The notes under the pieces: model-generated | Database searches by the model: none | Told to the model about the DNA's origin: nothing | Seen by the model: the letters and a program-made list of their open reading frames with translations, nothing else | Position numbers and translations under genes: made by a program | Source of the DNA: Lepidodermella squamata | Taxonomy: Eukaryota; Animalia; Gastrotricha | Length of the DNA: 64,000 bases | NCBI GenBank assembly: GCA_047495785.1 | Contig: JBLDXI010000024.1 | Coordinates: 2,356,001 to 2,420,000 of the forward strand | Direction: 5' to 3' | In this document: positions 12,785-24,600 of the stretch, piece by piece | Layout: every line of letters begins with the position of its first letter | Position numbering within the stretch: position 1 is the first letter of the stretch

Positions 12785-15700
12785 ATGGCGTCCGTTTTTC
12801 ACCTGTTTGCTGTCCTTTTCGCTGTCAACAATCACCTGAATTGTTTCGTGAACGCTGATTTCAGGCGATGCATCTCGCGATTGAATGATCAGTTCATGGA
12901 CTGCAAAGCTACGTGTTCCGTTTTAGATGAAATTCAGGTGACTTTACAAAATTAATGAATAATACATTATTCATCTCTGATTATGATTTAGTTGGGAGGC
13001 AAGCGGCCGACCTACGCCTCTTGTAGTTCCGGGGTAAGAAGTTTATCTTTCAATGCTCCATATCTAAGTCCATGTACTGTCTACAGTCTGCGCGAAGCTG
13101 TTTCAATTTCAAGAAATTTTCTATGAGGTGCATAGCCATCTTTTTTCATTCTGAAGAGCACATCATCTTTTTTCATTCTGAAGAGCACATCATCTTTTTT
13201 CATTCTGAAGAGCACGAGTATTTTTTCGTTATTTTTTTCAACCTTAACTCTTATTTTTACAGCACCGCCGGAAAAATAACATACTGGCACTGAGCCAGCA
13301 TTCTATTTCCCCCAATTCACTAACTTATACGCCTTTTTTCCTAATCAACCAAGCCGGGCCTAACCTAGCTTGCCCCTACTCTTTACCAACATGATGGATG
13401 ACGACGGCGAGTCATCCGACTCTGACTCTATCCTTTTCCAGGATGAGGATGAAATGATTGATTTCATCCGATGCATTATTTCCGGTGGTTCTCTAGCCTC
13501 GATTCCTGAGGAATATCAACCTCTAAGAAAGCAGTTCGCCAACATTACGACGTCGAGTCCGAATCTCGAGGAAGCGCTACAAGCTCATGCTCAATACATC
13601 ATTGACTCCACCCCAGACGGTGCGACTCTGAGGAGCAAATGGTATGCGTTGACCCAATCTCAACAGTACTTCTACCTGGTATTAATAAGTGATGGCCACC
13701 GAGCTAAATTAGGCGGCGCGGTTGGACTTAGCGAGCTCGCTAGACTATGCGTCTTGCATGTCATGCCTGAGCTAGAAAGTAACCTAGTGTCTATTTTTAA
13801 TAATATGTCACCCTCAACCGCCGGCCGGCCGTCTACCAAAGGCCTAAAAGTGGCGTTCTCAGCCACCACTGGTCAGCAGCCCAGCCGCCAGCAGGTCCAC
13901 CATCGCCAAATGACATCTCAGTCAACCCCATCGAAGTGGTCGAGGCAACCGGCACAGCAAAAGCAAGTCAACGAGCTATCCGAGCGCGAGATCAACATCC
14001 AAAAATCGCGCGAATCTCGGGTGATCCATCTGGACAACTTACCGCGCGACCTAAGCACCGAGGCTGCCGAGAAAGAATTCTCGCGAATCTTCCCCCAAAT
14101 CAAAATCGAGCTAGCTCAGGGTCTGGGCCGCGGCGGCGTGCGAATTGTATGCCGAACCGAGCAGGACGCTGAACGCCTTCTCAAGCCTGAAACCTGGCCG
14201 GCTGGCGCCCTAGGAGGCAAACTCAGGGTTCATCGATCTCGCCGCTACTACGAGCTTTTTCCGAACAAGAAGGTGGATCAAGCACCCGACCACATTGGCC
14301 GCAAGATCTCGAGCCAAGAAATCGCGGAACGTGACGGCAGAGCTGCGCTGTGCACCAACTACCCTGCATGGTACCCAATCACTGATTTGAAGCGCGACTG
14401 GAGCGACAAGCTTGAAGACGCCATTCCTACTCGCGCTGATCTAAAGGACCCGAGGCTAAAAGTCATTTTTATTTTCAAAGAAGCCCAAGTAGCCAGAGAT
14501 TTCGCAGATGGAAAACTCGAACTGCAATCACGTGCTCTTAGAGGCCGCTTGATGCGTCCAGATCCTCCTGTGCCGCGATGTGGCAAATGCCAGTCATTCG
14601 ACCATTTGGACCGCGACTGCAAGGCCAATGTTCTAATTTGCGCTCACTGTGCCGGCAAACATGACTACGAAGACTGCGAGACCAAGACAGACGAAAGCAC
14701 TCGATTCTGCGCGAACTGTAACGAGTCGGGTCACACCGCTGCTTACCGCAAGTGCCCGGCCTATATTGCAGCAAGGGAATCTAATCGCGAAAAGATCCGC
14801 CAACGCATTGCATCGATCACGCACAGGGCACCTCAGCAATGGCAACCAGCTCCACAGCCGTTCAATCAGTGGTCACGCGGACAGCCTAAACTGAGAAGTG
14901 AGCTCAACGTTAACGATCTAATTGAACAGGTATGCCCTATAGTAATCAGCCAAGTCGAACAAAATCTCAAAAAAATGCTTGAAGTCAACAATAACAATCT
15001 GATCGCGTTGCTTCGTCAAAATCAAAATCAATTAGCATGGTCGTGATAATTCAGTGGAACTCCAGAGGGCTGAAAACTCGAAAATATGAATTGATTAAAC
15101 TAGCTCGTGATTTAGGCGCAGATATTATTCTCATCAACGAATCGCATTTCTTTCGAGGTATAGATTTCGATCTCCCAGGCTATCAACTTTTTACGAACGA
15201 GCGTGTAAACCAGGTAATGAATGACTCCGCTACGTACGGCGGAGTGGCGATTTTTGTTAAGAACAATATTACTATCACTAATGAATTTTATGAGTACAAT
15301 ACGCCCCATAGTGAGTGGCTCGCCGTTACCATCGTAAACAAATCGGGACAAAAATTGATAATAGGCACTGGCTACGCGTCGCCAGGAAAAAATGACTTAG
15401 ACGTTACCTTTCTCGATCAAATTTTATTTTCCGATAGCCCATGTATTTTCGGTGGTGACATGAACGCGTGGCACTCTGATTTGTTAACCGGCCCGCCTCC
15501 GTCTAACATGTACGGCAGGATCCTATCTGAATTCATGCGTTCGTGTAATGTCACTCTACTTTGCGACGGAACGCCCACCCATTTCTCTCATAGCGGCGTA
15601 GGGCGGCAAATAGACATTTGGCTCTCAAATGACGCCGCTCGCTCCATGGTCTCGCAAAACGCAACAGTTGAAGACTTCTATGGCAGCGATCACTGTGCGA

Positions 15701-18700
15701 CGAGACTGGACATTAAATTCTTCACAACCCCCTGCCAACCAAAAACTAGTACAGACTCAATTCGAATCAATTTCAAGGCTATGAACTGGCCGCGATACCG
15801 CGACGTTGTGGATTCTGCACTGGATGAACGCGTCGAGCGACTCAGGCCGAAAGCAGGTGACCCCGTTAGCTCGATCGGCAAATACGTAGCAGAGTTCACC
15901 AACACAGTCCTTCAGGTCACCGATGAGATCGCGCCGAAATGTCAAGCCAGCAAGTTGCCCACGTTTAGCATGAACGCAGAAATCGGAACTCTGCTGGACC
16001 AGCGAAACCAACTCCAGCGGCTACACTCTAGTACCAATTCGGCCATGGTAAAATCAGAAGTTAATCGCCTCAGTCGGGACATTAAACGCCTGATTGGACT
16101 CGAGCAGGCCAAGGAATGTGAGAGGAATTTGCGTCTTATGGCGCAACGTTTCAGAGAGCAGCAACAGCAAAGTCAGGCAGCCTGGCGCTTGCTCGCGGCA
16201 CAGCTCAACCGCACCAAGCGGCAGAGGAAGCTAGGAGCGCTTGTAGATAAAAGATCTGGAGCCACAGTTATCGAGGACAAGGCGAAAGCCGAGCTGCTTG
16301 CTGCCTCATTCGGGAAAGTCGTCAGTGGCGCCCCTCGCACGTCCAAGCGCCCGGAAGACATTGCATTCTGGCAAAAAACCGAAAGTGACGTGGCGGCTGA
16401 TCCACTGATGAAGCCGCTCGACAAGGTTCCCAATGCTCTCCCCATCTCGATATCACGTCTCCAGATGCGAGCCTTGCTGCGTCGGCTTAAAAACAAAGCT
16501 CCCGGTCACGATAATGTCCTGAATGTCCTCATAAAAAACGGTGGCTCCACGTTTCGGAGTCATCTGAAGTTCATCTTTGAGCTATGCCTTGCCACTGGCT
16601 ACATGCCTGCAGGTTGGAAAATCGCGATCGTCGTGCCCGTACTAAAGGAAGGAAAGGATAGCCGTTTGGCGGATTCATACCGCCCAATCTCTTTACTACC
16701 AGCCTTCAGCAAGTTACTGGAGCTACTCGTCACCCTGTTGCTGCTGGAATACCTCGACCAAAAGCGTCTGCTACCCGATCATCAATACGGTTTTCGCCGC
16801 CTACGTGGTGCTGTGGACCCGCTGTTTCGCCTAATTAGCGACGCAGCCCTGGCTATGGCCAACCATAGCAAGCTGATAGCCGTATTTCTAGATTTCCGTG
16901 CCGCTTTCGATACAGTCTGGCACGCCGCCTTGTTGCAGAAGCTCAAGGATTCTGGAGCCCCCGAGCCAATTGTGCGCTGGGTGGCGAACTTCCTCAGCGA
17001 CAGAAGTTTTCAAGTCCGGGTCGGCGACGACCTGAGCGAGCCCCAGGAAATCAAATGCGGTGTCCCTCAGGGAAGCCCTTTGAGCCCGCTTCTATTCATT
17101 TTCTACTGCGCAGATATGCAGCCCCTGAGAGTAAACCCCGACGACGGTCGAAAAATCGTGGGCACCGGCACTTATGCCGATGACGCTGCAAACTGGGCAT
17201 GGGGGCCCCATTATGAGCAATGTGTTTCGCGGCTTCAGTCTCGCTTACGTTCCACAGAGACCTGGTGTGCTAGATGGCGACTTGACCTCAACCCGACAAA
17301 GTGTGAGTGTATTATAATCGGTCATCATGGCGCCTCCTCCCCCTCCGTCCTATTGTCTATTGGTGGTGTGCGAATCCCGCAAGTGAAAGAGGTTAAGTAC
17401 CTCGGAATCACATTGACTTCGAAACTCTCGTGGGAGAGTCATCTTGATCGGCTATCAGCGAAAATCAAACCCCGAGCTGCATGCTTACGCGGCATCGCCG
17501 CACGAAAAGTTGTCCCTAGTGACCTCTGTGTTCGTTTTAACAAAGTCCTCATCGAAAGTGTCCTTACCTACGGCTCACCAGCCTGGTATTGTCTACCCAA
17601 GTCGTCCGAGCTACGTCTGTTCGGCTTCCAGGCCCACGGCTTGAAAGCTGCATTGGATCTGCCTATCGAGTGCGACCCTTTCGGTGTTGTCGTCGAAGCT
17701 GGCGTGGAAGCAATCAGCGACGTATTTAAGCATCAACTGATGCGGTACGCCATCAGGTGCCTCAACGCAAACAACGGGATGAAGGATTATATATCCTACG
17801 TTGCCAGCTTCCAGCCTGACGCCTTCGGCCTTCGAATGCTGGAGAAGCACTGTCCAGCATGGCACTTGCGTGACTGCGTTAGTGCCCCGGCTAAGCCCTG
17901 CCGCCTCATCACCGACATTTTCCCTAAAAACTAATGTGAGCCTGTGGTTTCCTGTATTCCTTTAGGTGCCCTTGCGATCCTCGCCCTTCTGAGCCCCTCT
18001 CGAGCCAGCCCGATTAATATGTAAGCTTACCGTTTAATAAATTGATCTCTGCCTTGCCTTACAGAGCCCTGAGCCTGAGCCTGAGTCGTCATGAGCCTGA
18101 CCTTGAGCCTTGAGCCTTTCGGAACCTGAGCCTTGTCTGATGAGCTGGAATGGCTGCCTGTAAGCCCTTAATTATTGCCGTTAACCACCTTCGATAATTT
18201 TTCAGCCCTACTCAATTTGCGCAACGAGCCCGAACCCTCGATCGACTTTTCTACCTTTCTTCAAAAACGCACAAAAAGCCAACAAAAATCGACAAAAACT
18301 AAAATACAAAAATAAAATAATAACATAAAACTCGAAATTATGAACTGCCTATGATAATGTACAATCTATAAATGCTACGAGCCCTAGATAGCATGGGGGC
18401 AATATATTTTCATGCTCTAATGTCATTCATATGTGCCTATAGCGCCGGCCGGCGGAGGGCCTATATAAATAAAACTACGACATGCTATGCTCCATATCTA
18501 AGTCCATGTACTGTCTACAGTCTGCGCGAAGCTGTTTCAATTTCAAGAAATTTTCTATGAGGTGCATAGCCAATGGCGATCGTTGCTCGACCGATGAGCT
18601 GCCGGTAAAAACTTTGGCGATTTTTTAATGGATTAAACCTTTTTTCTGATATTTATGTTACAGCACCTCAGATTTTTAGGCCATCAATTCGGTAATCGGT

Positions 18701-21338
18701 ATGAAGCCTGTCGTAATGCAACGTTGACTTTTAAGGTTTGATCTTTGCCAGTCTTTTAAAAATATGAGAAATTATCGCTAAATAGAGTCGGCCGGCAAAC
18801 CTGTGTCAAGATAAATCAGGCAATGTCGCCTGCTTCCCGATTGGCATTGGGTGTAGATCTGGCAGATGGGTAACCATTTTTATACTGAAATAACCAAATT
18901 ATACATTCATTTTTTAGAAATACGTAAAGACGATCAACACCATGGCTACATGCCTTGAGGATATCGGCGGTAATACAGACGGCACAATGGCGTTTCCCTT
19001 GAATTTCTATTTTAAATCTTTTTCAGCTCCAACCAATGAATCCGTGCCTCATATACGCTGCTTCTCCATGTACGACCGCGCTTTTATCGATTGCCAAGGA
19101 AACCAAACCCAATGTGGTAGTGGCCAAACTTCGGTAAGACCCTCGCCAGCTGCCTCATTAATTATTAGTATTAATTTTTTTATTTTTCAAGGAATATAGC
19201 CAGGGTGTCTACGTTGACAGGGGGCATTGTTTGAAAGGCGTTAGTTTTGTTAACATAAACTATGTTAAAATCTCAATTTTCTAAATTTAGCCTGCAGGAT
19301 TGTGCAAGTCGACAGTTGGGTATCTATGTTCTGGACGGTGCGAATCACCTAATACCTTGGTAAAATTAGCATTTTCAAATTCAACTTGAGGCTGTCATCT
19401 GTTATTTCCAGGTTGCCCAATTTTCGTCAAGTCGAAATTTCAGCCTGAATTACGCTGCCTGTCTCAAATACCTCGCGAGCTTCAAGGTCAGCGATAATGG
19501 TTTTGGGAAACTTATTCCTACATTTTCCACCCAGCAACCTCAACCGACTGCTGGGCCCCGTCAATGCCGCGTGTATTTGCCATTCAACAGCGACATCAAA
19601 GATCACTCGATTTCTCCAGTATCGACATTTGGTTACGGGAATTTCTCTATCGACAACTCAACTTCAGCCCGAGGAAAAGCTTCACTCTACGTGAACGGTG
19701 GCAGAATCGAAATTCCCAACATCACAAGCTACGGCAAGGAGTACTCGATCTGCTTCTTCTACAAGTATGTTAACAAACGATAATTAACCTATGTGGTATA
19801 TTTACTTTTTTAAGGGCTAATGGCAAGAATGCAAGCGATCTTTTTTCCAACAGCAACTGCTATGGAACATCGGAGTATTCCCTGAAAATTTCGCATTTGG
19901 GATTCAACAGAAAATCGAACCCGACTTATCAAGTGCTAGCCAACTTGTACCAACCGGCGTATCGCGTCAACTATTCGACTGCCGCTGACGTCCAGACGGC
20001 AACAGGAGAAAGTTATATCCAAATTTGCGTGATTTTTGCTGACGGAGCTGTTACTATATGGGAAAATGATGTAATTTTAAAACATTTATCTCAATTTTTT
20101 AATTTTAAAATGGTGCAATTTACAGTACGTGGCTGGAAGCTATGCGAAAAATGGCTCTGCTTTTGTGTCTAATTGTCCTTACCAGATTGGTTCGGCCAAT
20201 TTTGTTGGCCATATCGATGAAGTTCTTGTCTGCGATTTCGCGATGATTTTTGACGAGATCGATGCTCACTATGCTGGAGCTGTTTCGATGCAAAACGCCG
20301 GCCTTATCCCGCCTCCTTTGACGCCTCGCCCGCGCTACAACGAAACACAGCCACAACCTAGTCCTTACAACGTCTGCGGCCACAGCAAATACTGGAACGT
20401 CGACGAAGATCTGCTGCCGAGTGTTGGCATTGTCGGTGGCACGGAATCGGCCGAAAACGAATTTCCATGGCAGGTGAGGCTGGTACTTTTTCCGTAATGC
20501 TTCATAATTCGTCTGGTTCTTTGCTAGGCTCTCATGATACTCAGACTCGTAAAAGGCTCGTCGATCTACACATGCGGTGCAGTTGTCATCAGTGAACGAT
20601 GGGTTATGACGGCGTAATTTTTCCAAATATCTCAAATCCTTCTGATAGATTTTTACTTCCAGAGGCCACTGCTGCTATTCAACTGCAGCCATCAAGTTAG
20701 CCGGGTTTTTTTACGTGATTTCCAATAATGAAGTACTATTTTACAGGGAAACACTGGTCCTGGTCGGCGGAAATTATGGATGGCAGGGCTCACTTAACAA
20801 GACCCTCGCACGTTACAAAACGGTGCGAAAGACAGTTCGAAACGTCATTCACCCTCTGTATGACGATGCCACAACCGCTTACGATATCTGCCTTATGGAA
20901 TTGTCGGAGCTGATTCCACTCGACAGCTGGGCTATTCAGCCCATGTGCCTGCCGAGCACCTGTGCTGATACATGTTCAACTGGCGAGATGGTTTTGATAT
21001 CCGGCTATGGTGCAACAAGCCAGGAAGGCGATTCGCCAAAACGCCAGCTTAATGCAATCGTGAAAGTCGTTGACAATGCGAAATGTGAGCAGCGGTATGG
21101 CTATAAAAATGGCACGTTAGCAAACAGAAAGGCGTTTTGCGCTGGTTTCGATGGCGAGGGCAGTATCGATACGTGCAGTGGTGATTCTGGCGGGCCCCTC
21201 GGCTGCTTCAAAAATGGCTATTTCGTGCTTCAGGGACTAACCTCGACTGGCAAAGGATGTGCTGAACCGAGATATCCTGGCATCTATTGCAACGTTTGCC
21301 AGCTCATGGACTGGATTAGAAGTTACATTCCACTTTGA
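12785..21338 (+). CDS. Trypsin-like serine protease paralog 2, interrupted by a LINE at intron 2/exon 3
   Basis: Exons 12785-12937, 12992-13033, 18521-18604 and onward are colinear with the 1605-4735 gene. The triad is intact (TAAHC, YDICL, DTCSGDSGGP). Confidence 0.85.
13139..13215 (+). repeat. ~2.9 tandem copies of 27-bp unit TCTTTTTTCATTCTGAAGAGCACATCA at the LINE 5' end
   Basis: Read directly. Each unit contains an Inr-like TCATTC. Confidence 0.9.
13391..15046 (+). CDS. LINE ORF1: gag-like nucleic-acid-binding protein, RRM-like segments and 3 CCHC zinc knuckles
   Basis: CGKCQSFDHLDRDC, CAHCAGKHDYEDC, CANCNESGHTAAYRKC. First ATG at 13391. Confidence 0.92.
   Translation: MMDDDGESSDSDSILFQDEDEMIDFIRCIISGGSLASIPEEYQPLRKQFANITTSSPNLEEALQAHAQYIIDSTPDGATLRSKWYALTQSQQYFYLVLISDGHRAKLGGAVGLSELARLCVLHVMPELESNLVSIFNNMSPSTAGRPSTKGLKVAFSATTGQQPSRQQVHHRQMTSQSTPSKWSRQPAQQKQVNELSEREINIQKSRESRVIHLDNLPRDLSTEAAEKEFSRIFPQIKIELAQGLGRGGVRIVCRTEQDAERLLKPETWPAGALGGKLRVHRSRRYYELFPNKKVDQAPDHIGRKISSQEIAERDGRAALCTNYPAWYPITDLKRDWSDKLEDAIPTRADLKDPRLKVIFIFKEAQVARDFADGKLELQSRALRGRLMRPDPPVPRCGKCQSFDHLDRDCKANVLICAHCAGKHDYEDCETKTDESTRFCANCNESGHTAAYRKCPAYIAARESNREKIRQRIASITHRAPQQWQPAPQPFNQWSRGQPKLRSELNVNDLIEQVCPIVISQVEQNLKKMLEVNNNNLIALLRQNQNQLAWS
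15037..17934 (+). CDS. LINE ORF2: APE endonuclease plus reverse transcriptase, no evident RNase H
   Basis: APE motifs QWNSRGL, LINES, GGVAIFVK, GGDMNA, GSDH. RT motifs KAPGHD, YRPISLL, QYGFR, LDFRAAFDTV, GVPQGSPLSP, YADD, YLGI. Overlaps ORF1 by 10 nt. Confidence 0.96.
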   Translation: MVVIIQWNSRGLKTRKYELIKLARDLGADIILINESHFFRGIDFDLPGYQLFTNERVNQVMNDSATYGGVAIFVKNNITITNEFYEYNTPHSEWLAVTIVNKSGQKLIIGTGYASPGKNDLDVTFLDQILFSDSPCIFGGDMNAWHSDLLTGPPPSNMYGRILSEFMRSCNVTLLCDGTPTHFSHSGVGRQIDIWLSNDAARSMVSQNATVEDFYGSDHCATRLDIKFFTTPCQPKTSTDSIRINFKAMNWPRYRDVVDSALDERVERLRPKAGDPVSSIGKYVAEFTNTVLQVTDEIAPKCQASKLPTFSMNAEIGTLLDQRNQLQRLHSSTNSAMVKSEVNRLSRDIKRLIGLEQAKECERNLRLMAQRFREQQQQSQAAWRLLAAQLNRTKRQRKLGALVDKRSGATVIEDKAKAELLAASFGKVVSGAPRTSKRPEDIAFWQKTESDVAADPLMKPLDKVPNALPISISRLQMRALLRRLKNKAPGHDNVLNVLIKNGGSTFRSHLKFIFELCLATGYMPAGWKIAIVVPVLKEGKDSRLADSYRPISLLPAFSKLLELLVTLLLLEYLDQKRLLPDHQYGFRRLRGAVDPLFRLISDAALAMANHSKLIAVFLDFRAAFDTVWHAALLQKLKDSGAPEPIVRWVANFLSDRSFQVRVGDDLSEPQEIKCGVPQGSPLSPLLFIFYCADMQPLRVNPDDGRKIVGTGTYADDAANWAWGPHYEQCVSRLQSRLRSTETWCARWRLDLNPTKCECIIIGHHGASSPSVLLSIGGVRIPQVKEVKYLGITLTSKLSWESHLDRLSAKIKPRAACLRGIAARKVVPSDLCVRFNKVLIESVLTYGSPAWYCLPKSSELRLFGFQAHGLKAALDLPIECDPFGVVVEAGVEAISDVFKHQLMRYAIRCLNANNGMKDYISYVASFQPDAFGLRMLEKHCPAWHLRDCVSAPAKPCRLITDIFPKN

Positions 21339-21891
21339 AACTCAATTATTTTTGCGTCTTATTCAAAACGAATTTATTCAAATGAGCAGAGTGTGTTAGT
21401 TACATTATCACAACAACTGCTTTGATTTTTCTCTGATATTTTCGAAAGTTTCTCCTAACCTTTATCGAGGTGACTCATGACAGCGTAGAAATAAAGACAA
21501 TATATTGTGTTTGAGTATCTTTCTATTGAAAAGTAACAGAGGCATATTGTGGCAATCTTGGTGTATTCAACATGGTTATATTGCATACAAAATGCTTGGA
21601 TACAGCTTCTTCCAGCTTCAGTTATGCGTTGCATCTTCTAGAACATCTATATACTCGGCATAAAGCTTCTGAAAATGTGTGATAAGATGCCCGGTCCGAA
21701 CCAGGATCTGGTGCTCGCCGTATGACTTCCAAGATTCCAAAGATCAAACCTTTATTCCCTGTCAAACTCGAGTAAGCCGGTGATTTTATTGCAACTGCAA
21801 CTTTGACATCATATTCAATGAGCATGATCCCATTTAATGTGAAAACTGTTTATTCATTTGAAAATCAGTTTTGTGCGTGGGATTGAAAATT

Positions 21892-24600
21892 TCACCGTGA
21901 GCTACGAGTGAAGAGTTTCGTCGCAAACAGCAGACTTAAATTTAGGGCAACGACTATCAAAGTCAATCCGCAAACGCCGAGTTGAATTTTCTGTGGCTGG
22001 GATGCGAAAAACGCAGCAATTACCCCGCCTCCTGCCACAACCAGGAAGCCGATGATGTAAGCTGATATTCTCACAAATTGGATATCCATTATCTCACCAG
22101 ATCTCGCTCGCTGGATGGGAGCGAAGTACAAATCATTCAGTACAAACTCTAGGTATTAATAACTTACGTTTCTCAAGCAAAAAGTAAGCCAGCAAGACCG
22201 TAAATAGACCAATAGGTTTAAGCAAAGGATGATGGCAATGCACGCGGGGGCTAATTGATAATCCGAAGTTACTTTACAAGCTATCATATTACGTCGATAA
22301 GCCAGGCTTAGATCCGAGGTTGAGAACTCAACATTTCCCACGTATTTGCCTACCGTGAAGGGACTCAAAGATAGCCAGATGATTGCCGTAATCAACTCAA
22401 CCACAAATACGGCAATCAGCTGGAGATAAGCTCTCGGTAGAACTTGATCCACCGTAAAAACAATTTCTGATAACGTCGACAAGCGTGTTGATCCTTCACT
22501 ATTCAAGCTCCTGCGTTGATTTTGAGTGGGCAAGGGCAGCAGAAGGGATGAACGCCGGTTGACAATGTTGTCCGGTGGGGCTTGCAATTGAACCGATGAG
22601 CGATGTTTTCCGGATTCTGGGTCAGCATTAGATGAAACCCTTGCCAACATCCCAGCACGTTTTAATGTCTTATTAGCAACCGCTAATTTAGCCATTAAGG
22701 AGGAGGTTAGAAGGCCAAACCCTGCTATGAAAAGTATCGAGCTAACCATGCAGTTGATTCTCATGGATTCAGACCCTTCCCATGGGAGTACAAAGATTGC
22801 AACAAGCATCAGTGCATCGCCGACTAGGATTAATCCATTCATCACCGGAAGCGATCTGCAATAGACTGAACTCTCACATTTCGATTTGACAGCATTAAAC
22901 ACGAAAAATACAATCGTGCAAAGCAAAAGAACCGACGTAATAGTTGAGATAGTTATTCCTTCAGTTCGATTCATCAATGGTTCTATCATAGAGATGATTT
23001 GGATAGAATCTTTCGGTACCATTCTATCAATCGTCAGCCACTTCCAATTGCCAACTCCTGGGAGCAACTTCTCGGATTTGAACGGGTCGTAGAATGCGAC
23101 GAAAATCGGCTCGATAATTTGCTTCGATTGGTCTGTAACTTGCATTTGATAGAAAGCTATCGGGCCAACCACAGATTTTACGAAATTCTTGAACGGAGCT
23201 CCCAGGCTATTGAACTCCAGATCGTCCAGCGCTTTGGTGATCATCTGATGGATGTAGCTGCCCTTTTCACGGAATTTCGAGGAAGTTGTCGACCAATTGA
23301 TCAGAGAGTCGTTCTGAGCCTCCAGAAATTTGTCGACTTTATCAAGAGCTAGAGCCCCGGCTACGACGTGGTCGTAGCAATAGGTCCGGTAACCAAACCA
23401 GATTGGTTGTAGCTCAGGCCTGTCAATCCTGGCTTTCAGAGTCTCATCGAAATACTTCCCAGTAACGCCGATACTATCAGGAACTGTCGGCGGTCGTCCA
23501 ATACCGACGTAGATAACACTTTTCAACATGATTTTCAGAACATCTTGGGTACACCAAACATACGGGGTTGGAGAGACATGCGTGAAGAAACCGGCTGGAG
23601 CATTCATGATTAATACGGTGTTAGGGCCGTAGATTTTGTTCTGGTACAGAAGACAGACCATCCAAGTGGGAGTGTCAGTCGAGATTACAATGATTCGAGG
23701 GTCGAACAGCTTGAGTTGCGATATGCCTTCTTCGTAATATGACAACTCGGTCTGAACGCCACTGGCCCTGAAGATTTTCACTGTCCCTGCCACGGTCATA
23801 TTGAGGCGGGTAAGCTCTCGATACATCACTTCCTCGCAATCGGCCCAGGCATTCAGAGTTTCGGTGAGAAGGTAGAACTTGTTCCAGCCATTGTCTTTCA
23901 ACAAGTGAGGGATTGCATGGTAGTTTGAATGCGACCAGCTTAGAGGGAAGAAACCGCTGTACCATCGGCGCTTTGCATAAATGTCTGTTATGCCACTGAC
24001 TCCTCCGATCTGTAAATTTCAAACTGATTATTCGAGAATTGTAAGAGTCCAAAATTACCCCAGCGTAGTTGTAGAACTTCATTATCATTCCGATGTAGGC
24101 CTGAGAGACACAGATCGGTCCCAGGTACACCGGAGTGCGATTCCTTAGACTAGCTTGGAAGTCGTTGCCTTCGAAAATGTTGAGGGCAACCCGGATGGCT
24201 GTAGTCCTGATGCACTGAAAAGCATATTTATTTTTTAAAACGATCATTAAAGCTGCTGGAAACTCACAGTATCGTCGAACATTTCGACCCCCAGTTCGTA
24301 CCTGCGTAGTATTGACGAATTCGCAATTGCATCCAATGCAATTCTGACCCCCTCGGAGCAAACTTGTCCAAGTGGTAGCAAAGTGGGGCCTGAAAGTATG
24401 CCAACTTGTCTGAATTTTGATCTTATTAGAAAACTCATCTTACCAAGATTCACCGATGTTACCATGGTGAGTAATGGCTTCTGCCCAGATGGCGAGATGC
24501 CTGGTCTGATAAGTGGTGGCCAAGGTGCACTAAAGTCGACATTTTGGGAGGCGGATTCATAGATTCGAACAATCAAAATCATCAAAAGAATTGTATTCAT
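21892..24600 (-). CDS. Class C GPCR, GABA-B-receptor-like (Venus flytrap plus 7TM), paralog 1
   Basis: Signal peptide; VFT motifs (ALDAI..IL..YEL, LGPIC, DPRIIV, YCYD); seven hydrophobic helices with GABA-B-like MNGLIL, LMAK, RNV, D..F and LLFATK; no Cys-rich linker. The 3' end is uncertain. Confidence 0.82.

Larger units (their letters stand above)
13139..18486 (+). mobile_element. Full-length non-LTR retrotransposon (Jockey/I group), intact ORF1 and ORF2, 86-bp target-site duplication
   Basis: Perfect direct repeats at 13053-13138 and 18487-18572 flank two overlapping intact ORFs. Confidence 0.95.

Noticed and set aside
13139-13215. 27-bp repeats as a CRISPR array or hammerhead ribozyme (CTGAAGA)
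   Set aside because: The repeats are contiguous with no spacers or cas genes, and there is no GAAA core or stems.
18137-18170. Hammerhead ribozyme (CTGATGAG) in the LINE 3' UTR
   Set aside because: No downstream GAAA or stem II.
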